Shown piece by piece: positions 1-6,644 of a stretch of 40,000 bases of DNA (within the stretch, counting starts at the first letter, position 1; every line of letters starts with the position of its first letter). The stretch is from the NCBI RefSeq assembly GCF_000148725.1, contig NZ_GL476316.1, positions 4,605 through 44,604 on the forward strand. Reading direction: 5' to 3'. Position numbers and translations under genes: made by a program. The notes beneath the pieces were generated by a model. It was not told the DNA's origin and made no database searches. It saw nothing but the letters and a program-made list of their open reading frames with translations. This DNA is from Roseibium sp. TrichSKD4. GTDB taxonomy: Bacteria > Pseudomonadota > Alphaproteobacteria > Rhizobiales > Stappiaceae.

Positions 1-232
1 CTTCTCGTTCAAATCTCTCATCAAACGACATTCCAATATTGCTATACAAGACATGGATCAATCGTTCTTTTATTTGCGCAATTCTCCATTGTATCTCGAT
101 ATTTCTATTCAAATAAAAAGACATATTTCGTCTATCGTATTCGGATGTAATCAATATTAATACTAGCAAACCAAAAAGAAACGCGCCAATAACGCCAAAT
201 ATTAACTGGCTATTTTCTCGCAATTTTTTCAT
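1..232 (-). CDS. Partial CDS (N-terminus only) of a membrane-anchored protein, possibly a sensor
   Basis: Not in ORF track. ATG 232-230 overlaps the stop of the upstream gene (ATGA). My translation MKKLRENSQLIFGVIGAFLFGLLVLILITSEYDRRNMSFYLNRNIEIQW... is open to position 1 and has one clear TM helix. Confidence 0.35.
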   Translation of the reverse strand, partial: MKKLRENSQLIFGVIGAFLFGLLVLILITSEYDRRNMSFYLNRNIEIQWRIAQIKERLIHVLYSNIGMSFDERFERE

Positions 233-780
233 TTCTTGCTATGTGCTATTGCCGATACATGAAATACCCAAATTGCATTCCTCATATTCAGGTAATATTC
301 CGGCAGTTCTTTGAGCGGCCACACCAAAAATATCGGGCCATTTTCTGGAATGGTTATTGGTCTAAATAACTGCCCATCTGCACAAGCTTCAGTAATGTAA
401 TCTTGCGGTTCACAATTCCGCTCCACCGCCAATATTGGTGCGTATTGTGAAATTTCTGACCTTTTCACACCTGAGATAAAGCCGTTATGCGCAGATATCT
501 CGATATCATCCCCGCCAGTATTGTTATGCCGTAACAACAAATCTCCAAGAAACGGGCCTCGATATAATATCTCTTGGTTATTCGACCAAGGCGTTATAGT
601 TTCTATGGTATTCTGTTCATATTCATTCTTTAGGTCTTCTAATGTATATTTTCTTACAACGTCTCCTTCTTCGTTAAATATTTCCATATTTTCAAAGGAA
701 CCGCCCGCTATTGCGGGCATGGGAATATTCAACAAGGCAGTAAATATAGAAAACAGCAGTACAATACTTTTATTAAACAT
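229..780 (-). CDS. Secreted/periplasmic protein resembling the small oxidoreductase molybdopterin-binding-like domain proteins
   Basis: Signal peptide MFNKSIVLLFSIFTALLNIPMPAIA; motifs TITPW..., GPFLGDLL, NGPIFLVWP recalled from that family; GGGAGAG Shine-Dalgarno 5 nt before ATG; AT-rich. Confidence 0.5.
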   Translation of the reverse strand: MFNKSIVLLFSIFTALLNIPMPAIAGGSFENMEIFNEEGDVVRKYTLEDLKNEYEQNTIETITPWSNNQEILYRGPFLGDLLLRHNNTGGDDIEISAHNGFISGVKRSEISQYAPILAVERNCEPQDYITEACADGQLFRPITIPENGPIFLVWPLKELPEYYLNMRNAIWVFHVSAIAHSKK

Positions 781-1447
781 CTTGACTCTCCCTATCGTAA
801 GAAATACACAAATTACTAGAGTATTTTTTGTTTATTCTAAAGCCTTTACCATTTATATGGTTATTTATCGATCCTATTCCTGTGTGGCCGTATATTTGCG
901 GATGTAATTCCACACAAATGCGTTCTATCCCGAGCAATTTCGCATCTTCAAGAATTTCCTTTTCCGCCCCCTCTATATCCATTACTAAGCAGTTTATCGA
1001 ATTATCACGTATAAAATCGTCTATATTTCGAGTTTTTATCTTAATTACTTCCTCATATGGGCCTTGTTCCTTATACAAGGACGACATCCAAAACTCTTGC
1101 CGGATATAGAAATCCATTTCTCCATGGGCTTTTGCAGAAAAGGCCCCGATATTCAACGAGGCGACATTGTTGTTGTTGATGGTTGCTGTTCTCTTGAGTA
1201 ATTCGATAAGAGCCGGATTTGCATCAAAGCTCCATACTTTAACGTCTTCTATCTGGCTCAAAATCGTTGTAATAAAACCCATACCGGCACCGATTTCCAG
1301 AATACGATCACCGGGCTTTACAAGATTTTTCACACAATAGGCTTCATCAGACTCATACGTTTTATTGAGCAAGGCATCGACTATTTTTCCGGCAACTTCA
1401 TTTTCGTCAAGGTGCAATTTCACATCTTCTAAATTTACATGGAGCAT
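773..1447 (-). CDS. FkbM-family SAM-dependent methyltransferase
   Basis: SAM-binding motif ILEIGAGMGFIT and DIEGAE motif typical of FkbM family. Start moved to ATG 1447 (AGGAAG SD 6 nt upstream); the track ORF to 1564 overlaps the upstream gene. Confidence 0.6.
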   Translation of the reverse strand: MLHVNLEDVKLHLDENEVAGKIVDALLNKTYESDEAYCVKNLVKPGDRILEIGAGMGFITTILSQIEDVKVWSFDANPALIELLKRTATINNNNVASLNIGAFSAKAHGEMDFYIRQEFWMSSLYKEQGPYEEVIKIKTRNIDDFIRDNSINCLVMDIEGAEKEILEDAKLLGIERICVELHPQIYGHTGIGSINNHINGKGFRINKKYSSNLCISYDRESQDV

Positions 1448-1460
1448 CGTCCGCTTCCTA

Positions 1461-2054
1461 TTAAGCGTGTGTTCTAATCTTCTTTGAAGCATTCTTGTAA
1501 TGCTTACAAACCGTGTCCGTAGAAATATTATGTAGGTCTGCGTATTGTTGGTATTTATCGACAATACGTTCTGTTCTTCGCCGTGATTTTACAAAATTAT
1601 AAATACTCTGCTCACGGTCTGTAAGAAATGAATAATATTCCTCGTGTTCTTGAGATATATTTTTTGTATATTTGTTACCTTCACCTTTTGTTATTATTTC
1701 CTCTATCTGTCGGCTATCTAATCCTATTTTTGAAAGATATAATTCTGTTCCAGTTCCCAATAAATTTTCCTTTTCCTGAAAATCATAGGAGCCGGTAATT
1801 ACGACTTGAACCGCCGACGGGAATGCTTCACTTGCTGACAGAACTACATGCTGCCTATCTGTACGTGATAGCGGATTAAAACCGGGCAGTCCCGGATCAA
1901 TAAAAACAAAATCGAAATCCTCCCCTTCAAGTTCAAGTGCCGCGCAAAGTGTAGAGACACCGACAACATAGCTCTTTTCGCGCAATCTTGTGATGATCCC
2001 AATAATTGCCTTTCGCATAAGGTCATGATCTTCAACGACTAATACTCTCAGCAT
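1461..2054 (-). CDS. Response regulator: receiver domain + LuxR/FixJ-like C-terminal HTH
   Basis: VLVVEDHD, FVFIDPGLPG (phospho-acceptor Asp), VVITGS and LSK receiver landmarks; C-terminal LTDREQSIY...ISTDTVCKHYKNASKKI. ATG 2054 preferred over GTG 2066. AT-rich. Confidence 0.7.
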   Translation of the reverse strand: MLRVLVVEDHDLMRKAIIGIITRLREKSYVVGVSTLCAALELEGEDFDFVFIDPGLPGFNPLSRTDRQHVVLSASEAFPSAVQVVITGSYDFQEKENLLGTGTELYLSKIGLDSRQIEEIITKGEGNKYTKNISQEHEEYYSFLTDREQSIYNFVKSRRRTERIVDKYQQYADLHNISTDTVCKHYKNASKKIRTHA

Positions 2055-2071
2055 CGAAACCACCACATTTA

Positions 2072-3472
2072 CTAATTCATTGCGCAGGAACTATTTATAA
2101 GACCAAACAGCGTCTTATCTAAACGCAGTTCTCCACGCTCGGCCGCCGCCATCATACCCCTGAAATACCCCCCCGGACTGCTGATATTTGCTCCGCGCAA
2201 AAACTTCTCCGCTATGATCGCCGCGCAAAGTGCTGCCACATGATCCCCATGGTTTGCCGCACCCAATCTGTAGGCCGACGGTGAAAGACCTATACCGGCC
2301 CTGATCGTATCGGCCGCCATGAGAAGGTCAGACCATCGGTCAAGTTCAATATTGAAATTTGGACGTGTTTGGCACAACGCAGTGCGAACCAACTGGAAAT
2401 TAATCCCACTTACAGAGGTCTTACCGCGTTCGTCTCTCGATAGGGGTATTTGCTCTTGCTCGGATGAGCCGCCGCCGCAAGGCTCCTTTTCAAGAGCCAT
2501 TTCATTGCCGGAGGCAATGTTAGAGCTATTTCTGATGTCTTGCGCGTTAGCGCAAGTCCGCTCACTACTAGATACGTGTGTTTCTGGGTTTGTAGGATGT
2601 AAATGGGTGTCAGTTTTGTCACCCGACCATGACATTTTCTGTCCTTTATGAAGAGCTTGGTCTACCTCAGTCCACGCACCTTCAAGCAAAATGGATAGCG
2701 CTTCTGCCTTAGTTGCACGATCCGCAGCCATATCCTTGATGGCAAGAGCGTCTGCTTCTATGCGCGTGAAATCTACGCCCCCGTTTTCCGCCTGTATCCG
2801 CAGGTCTTCAAGGCTTCTCAAGGCTTGTTCAACTGCCCGCTTTGCAGCCCTATCACTTGCAAGCTTGGCTCGGTGCTCCTGTGCCAAGACCCTTAATTCA
2901 TCCAAACGCTGACGGGCAGGGGCAAAAGATAGCCCATAAACTTCCTGACCATTTTTAGATCGAAAACGGCGGCCTGTCGGGCTATCCCGATAAGCAAGTA
3001 TACCAGCTTCTACCAGACCTTTTAAAAGTCGGGATACAGTGCGCTCTGAACAAGCCAGCGCATTGGCTAGATAAGCGTTCGATAAAGTTGCAATCGGTTC
3101 GCGGTCATCGACCCAATCGCCAGATCGGGTTGCGCCCAAAAGCAGATCAAGAGCTTGGTAGCGCCCTCGTGTGATGTGAAGGGCCGGGCAGGCTGATTTG
3201 ATAACTCGGGCCGCTTCCGTTTTCGTGGTGTTGGCTTGGCACTTTTGCGCAGCCAGCGCCTGAGAAGCGACTATTTGTTGATTTATAGTTCTAAATTTAG
3301 CGGCGATAGACATAAGACTCCCCTCGTCCGGGAGCTTCTTCCGCTTGACTTTCAATCCATTTTCAGGGAAATTGATCTTGTCTAATTGCGAAAGACGCTC
3401 GACCCGACGCCTAGTTGGTTGGACGTTTAGTGTGTTTGTTGGAACCACCTTTTTGCTGGGACTGTTAGACAC
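2072..3472 (-). CDS. repC: RepC-like replication initiator protein
   Basis: N-half LANALACSERTVSRLLKGLVEAGILAYRDSPTGRRF resembles the RepC wHTH (..LVEAGLI.RRDSPNGKRY). C-terminus ISSPGGYFRGMMAAAERGELRL resembles the RepC C-terminal domain (..SPGGYLR..AG.F). Track start is GTG 3472; ATG 3313 with a GGGGAG SD is an equally good start. Confidence 0.75.
   Translation of the reverse strand: MSNSPSKKVVPTNTLNVQPTRRRVERLSQLDKINFPENGLKVKRKKLPDEGSLMSIAAKFRTINQQIVASQALAAQKCQANTTKTEAARVIKSACPALHITRGRYQALDLLLGATRSGDWVDDREPIATLSNAYLANALACSERTVSRLLKGLVEAGILAYRDSPTGRRFRSKNGQEVYGLSFAPARQRLDELRVLAQEHRAKLASDRAAKRAVEQALRSLEDLRIQAENGGVDFTRIEADALAIKDMAADRATKAEALSILLEGAWTEVDQALHKGQKMSWSGDKTDTHLHPTNPETHVSSSERTCANAQDIRNSSNIASGNEMALEKEPCGGGSSEQEQIPLSRDERGKTSVSGINFQLVRTALCQTRPNFNIELDRWSDLLMAADTIRAGIGLSPSAYRLGAANHGDHVAALCAAIIAEKFLRGANISSPGGYFRGMMAAAERGELRLDKTLFGLINSSCAMN
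2539..2556. repeat. Perfect inverted repeat CTTGCGC-GTTA-GCGCAAG inside the AT-richer linker of repC
   Basis: Read directly. It lies in the low-complexity linker between the two RepC-like halves; in repABC replicons the origin maps inside repC. Confidence 0.3.
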
Positions 3473-3474
3473 AA

Positions 3475-3503
3475 GCGCCAGCTGGTAACTGGCGCATCTT
3501 TTT
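3475..3503 (+). terminator. Terminator-like hairpin on the strand antisense to repC (candidate 3' end of a counter-transcribed RNA)
   Basis: GCGCCAG-N7-CTGGCGC (7-bp stem) followed by ATCTTTTT on the plus strand; no plus-strand CDS ends here. Confidence 0.4.
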
Positions 3504-3511
3504 CAGAAAAT

Positions 3512-3562
3512 CTGAACTCTTCTACTTTGTTGGGCGGCAACCCGGCAAAGTAGAAGGTTCAG
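3512..3562 (-). terminator. Long hairpin plus short U-tract between the small ORF and repC; candidate attenuator
   Basis: CTGAACTCTTCTACTTTG / CAAAGTAGAAGGTTCAG (17 bp, one bulge, 16-nt loop), followed on the minus strand by AGATTTTCTG. Confidence 0.4.
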
Positions 3563-3846
3563 TGATTCTCATCTGGAATAGTGTGCGCATGGTGCGGTAG
3601 CCTGTCAAATACGCTTTTGTGCATATTTTGTGGTCTTATTTGATCTGCCGTACGCTCGGACGCGATATGTTCACTGTACGGGGTCCGTAGACTTTCGATA
3701 TAAGGTAAGGAAATAGACCAGCCCCTGATTTCATAAATCTCTGCACGGATACCTGTAGCCGAAACAAATCGATAGCCGGTGCACTTAGCCTCCGGCCCTC
3801 TATTACAAGCATTAGTCATATAACCCTCACAACCAGAGCGCCCCAT
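3559..3846 (-). CDS. Hypothetical small protein divergent from the XRE gene (Cro/antirepressor position)
   Basis: ORF track; internal ATG 3819 has a GAGGG SD 4 nt upstream. No recognisable motif; position only. Confidence 0.35.
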   Translation of the reverse strand: MGRSGCEGYMTNACNRGPEAKCTGYRFVSATGIRAEIYEIRGWSISLPYIESLRTPYSEHIASERTADQIRPQNMHKSVFDRLPHHAHTIPDENH

Positions 3847-4006
3847 ACAGATGATCTCTATAATATACGCTTTAGGTTTATCAGATGGAATTTTTGCGAT
3901 CTATAGCGCATAATGTCAAGACATTTGTGTATTTACACCATTTCTTTAGAAGATAGATTTATTGGCACTATAGCGTGACAGCTATTCGTCCATTAGAGGG
4001 ATTTTC
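3847..4006. promoter_or_regulatory. Divergent promoter/operator region with two CTATAGCG boxes
   Basis: CTATAGCG at 3901-3908 and 3968-3975. Plus-strand TTTACA-16-TAGATT promoter-like element ahead of the 4007 gene; minus-strand CTTGACA overlaps the first box. Confidence 0.35.
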
Positions 4007-4360
4007 ATGATTAAAGAAGAGGCTGGGTGGCGCGACCGGTTGCGGGACGCTGTTCGCACGGACGGTCGCCCATTGTACAGGCTATCCGAAGAAATGGGCC
4101 GTGCGAACACCTACGTCAGCCAAGTGCTAAAGAATGAAAAAACTCCAAGCGTAGAAAATCTAATCCAACTCTGTAACGTTCTGAACGTTGATCCCGCTTA
4201 TATTCTTTCGGGCGTAACTCTTAGCAAGAAAGGCCAGCGAATTTCTGACCGATGGCAAAAGCTTCGCCCAATGGACCGAGACATGATTGAGGAACTACTG
4301 ATACGCCTCAGTGTTGACAGCATCCAACATGACGATGCAGATAACGATGATACTAAATAA
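4007..4360 (+). CDS. XRE-family helix-turn-helix regulator (repressor candidate)
   Basis: LYRLSEEMGRANTYVSQVLKNEKTPSVENLIQLCNVLNVDPAYIL is a typical Xre HTH; AGAGGG SD; acidic C-terminal tail. Confidence 0.7.
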   Translation: MIKEEAGWRDRLRDAVRTDGRPLYRLSEEMGRANTYVSQVLKNEKTPSVENLIQLCNVLNVDPAYILSGVTLSKKGQRISDRWQKLRPMDRDMIEELLIRLSVDSIQHDDADNDDTK

Positions 4361-4437
4361 ACAGATATCAAACATCTATTGACAGATACCTAATAACAAA
4401 CTACTGTCACCTAACTACTGTTATTAAGGGGTGCGGT
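4361..4437 (+). promoter_or_regulatory. parA promoter with two pairs of direct repeats (candidate operator/centromere)
   Basis: TTGACA (4379-4384)-17 nt-TACTGT (4402-4407); ACAGATA at 4361 and 4382; AACTACTGT at 4399 and 4413. Confidence 0.45.
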
Positions 4438-5106
4438 ATGGGATTTGTTTTTTCCGTTTTACAAAATAAGGGCGGGGCTGGAAAATCCACCCTTGTCATA
4501 GCGTTAGCCGGATTGTTGGCAAAGGAACCGGGGGCGCGTGTCATCATCGTAGACACAGACAAGCAGGAAAGCGCCGCCAAGTGGGCAGCCGTCGATATGC
4601 CGGGCAGGGGGCATATCGACTATGTGACTGAACTGGCTGAAACCGATATCACCGACCTGTTACGCCAACTTAGAGCCGAATACGATTACATCATCGTAGA
4701 CACAGCCGGGTTTGACAGTCGGATGGCGGGGTTTGTCATGGGGGGCAGTCAATTGTGCCTGATCCCGGTCAAGGCTACCGTCCCCGATGCCCAAGGGGCA
4801 ATTGCCACGGCCAAGAGTGTCACAGCCACAGCCAACATGATCCGCCAACACATTCCAACCCTTGGGGTGCGGATGGATTTCGACCCAAAAACCCGTGCGA
4901 CCGCTGCCATCAATGACCAATTGGCTTCATATGAAAAGCTGGAATTTGCTGACACAACCCTATGGCATGCTACCGGCTTTAAAGACGCCATGAACACAGG
5001 TGAAGCCGTCACCGGCCGGGCCAAGGGACTAACACAAAGCCTTTTGGTGGAACTCAGAAACAAAAAGCTCCTGCCTCTGCCCGGCGAATCCAGCCGCGCC
5101 GCATAA
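4438..5106 (+). CDS. parA: ParA-family partition ATPase (small, type Ib-like)
   Basis: Deviant Walker A NKGGAGKSTL near the N-terminus; IIVDTAG Walker B-like; 222 aa. Confidence 0.9.
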   Translation: MGFVFSVLQNKGGAGKSTLVIALAGLLAKEPGARVIIVDTDKQESAAKWAAVDMPGRGHIDYVTELAETDITDLLRQLRAEYDYIIVDTAGFDSRMAGFVMGGSQLCLIPVKATVPDAQGAIATAKSVTATANMIRQHIPTLGVRMDFDPKTRATAAINDQLASYEKLEFADTTLWHATGFKDAMNTGEAVTGRAKGLTQSLLVELRNKKLLPLPGESSRAA

Positions 5107-5116
5107 GGAATACACT

Positions 5117-5467
5117 ATGGCACCTTACAAGAAAAAACCGCGCTCTATCCTGCCCGATGACGATGCCAACACACCAGCGGCCATCCCGACAGGGCCGTAC
5201 CAAGAAGGAACGGTGACTGATAAGGCGGCTGCCATATCCGGTATGGTTGTAGGAAAGGCTTCCGAGCATCTGGCATGGGTGGACAGTTTCAGGAAGGCCG
5301 ACCGGGTGCAAATGTCGTTTACGGCCGTACCCGAACCGATCCGCGATATGTTCCGGGCGCGGGCAACAGAAATGGGGTTGGACCTGAAAGGCTATCTCTA
5401 TCATCTCTTGCGCCAAGATGGTCACCCGCTGCCCAGCCAGAAAGAGCTTGACGGCCGGTTCCGCTGA
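5117..5467 (+). CDS. Putative partition adaptor/centromere-binding protein (ParG-like ribbon-helix-helix C-terminus)
   Basis: Starts 10 nt after parA. C-terminal VQMSFTAVPEPIRDMFRARATEMGLDLKGYLYHLL fits a strand-helix-helix pattern. Confidence 0.45.
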   Translation: MAPYKKKPRSILPDDDANTPAAIPTGPYQEGTVTDKAAAISGMVVGKASEHLAWVDSFRKADRVQMSFTAVPEPIRDMFRARATEMGLDLKGYLYHLLRQDGHPLPSQKELDGRFR

Positions 5468-5492
5468 GCTTCACCAAAACACCCGCTTAAAA

Positions 5493-5538
5493 CAAAAAAA
5501 AGACCCGCCCCCGGATGAACCGGGGGCGGGTTTATTTG
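5493..5538. terminator. Bidirectional rho-independent terminator
   Basis: Perfect 11-bp stem CCCGCCCCCGG / CCGGGGGCGGG, loop ATGAA, A-run on the left and TTTATTT on the right; sits between convergent operons. Confidence 0.85.
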
Positions 5539-5678
5539 ATTGTAGTGGGGGTCCATTAGGGCTCAGTGATAAATCGTACGCTAGGCGATTTCAGCTTCCA
5601 TCTTGCGCCAGATGTACTGTCCGATAAGCAGGATGTGTTCCCACCCGAGCGTAGTGCAGGCCAGAAACAGGGGGTATG

Positions 5679-6071
5679 TCAGTCCGATACGGCTCGGCGC
5701 GTTGGATTGAAAGCGCTACGAGTAGCTGTCCAAACAAGGGTCAAGGTGAATAGTAACCAAGACCACTTCCGGCTGTTGCCTCTTGCTCGCAATGCCCTTC
5801 GGAACTCGCTCGATGCAAAATCCACATCTCGTCCACGACGCAAGAACACATCATGGACGGCGGCTGCAGGTAGTACACTGCGGTCATGTGGGTCTTGTGC
5901 CCATTCCAACCACCACGGAACAGAAATATCGAAAGGCGTTCCTGCCGGGATGATTTCAGTGTGGCCAGAGCCTTTCCAGCCAATATCCCAATAGAGCGGT
6001 TTGGTCAGAACATAGGCTTTGCGCGTGCCCTGCACATGCTCGAAATGCTCGAATGTCGAAAAGCTGGACAT
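5679..6071 (-). CDS. DUF1353-like phage protein (last gene of fibre cassette)
   Basis: Pattern ...IIPAGTPFDISVPWW...AAAVHDVFL recalled from the DUF1353 family commonly found after tail-fibre genes. Confidence 0.45.
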   Translation of the reverse strand: MSSFSTFEHFEHVQGTRKAYVLTKPLYWDIGWKGSGHTEIIPAGTPFDISVPWWLEWAQDPHDRSVLPAAAVHDVFLRRGRDVDFASSEFRRALRARGNSRKWSWLLFTLTLVWTATRSAFNPTRRAVSD

Positions 6072-6074
6072 GGA

Positions 6075-6644
6075 TCAAGCCGCCGAGAGCCACTTCGTTA
6101 GAGCCGCCGCCGCTTCCGCCTCAGAGGCTTCGAGGATAGCGGCCACCTCTTCTGCGGTGTCTGCCGCTTTTATGGCTGCATCGGTTCGCTCTTTCAGATC
6201 ATCCGCTTGACCAATCAGATCATCGAAGGTTTCCGCCTTCTTTAGTATCAAATTGGCAAAAGCATCAAAGGCCATATCGCGGCGGTCCGCGCCACCTTCA
6301 ATGATCCGCGTCTGTTTTTCGCTGGCTGTTCCTTCCAGATACTTTTCAGCGGCCAATGCCTTTCGCGGCCAAGAGTGCATCTCTTCATCGCTGGCATTAC
6401 CTGAAAGTCTGCGAAGTGTTTCTGCATGACGCTGTTTTACAGCCTTCACAGCTTCGGATTTGACCTCATCAAGGGGGCGGACAGGTACAGGCGGCGGCGC
6501 AAAACTACCGTCTGGCTGCTGGATGTAGCCGAGGGAAACTCCGTCCGGGACGGAATGCGCGTTTTCCCGGTCCGCAAGGCCCTGCAGAACCTGACACCAA
6601 GCGATCACTACGCCGTCTTGGTCAACATTAACAAAGCCTGTCAT
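6075..6644 (-). CDS. Putative tail-fibre assembly chaperone
   Basis: 4-nt overlap with the end of the fibre gene; position equivalent to P2 gpG; alanine/glutamate-rich C-terminus. Confidence 0.45.
   Translation of the reverse strand: MTGFVNVDQDGVVIAWCQVLQGLADRENAHSVPDGVSLGYIQQPDGSFAPPPVPVRPLDEVKSEAVKAVKQRHAETLRRLSGNASDEEMHSWPRKALAAEKYLEGTASEKQTRIIEGGADRRDMAFDAFANLILKKAETFDDLIGQADDLKERTDAAIKAADTAEEVAAILEASEAEAAAALTKWLSAA

Noticed and set aside
5539-5678. Possible small hydrophobic peptide downstream of the DUF1353-like gene (..TYPLFLACTTLGWEHILLIGQYIWRKMEAEIA)
   Set aside because: I could not find an ATG/GTG/TTG start with a ribosome-binding site in that frame. It may simply be an out-of-frame continuation, so it is not reported as a gene.
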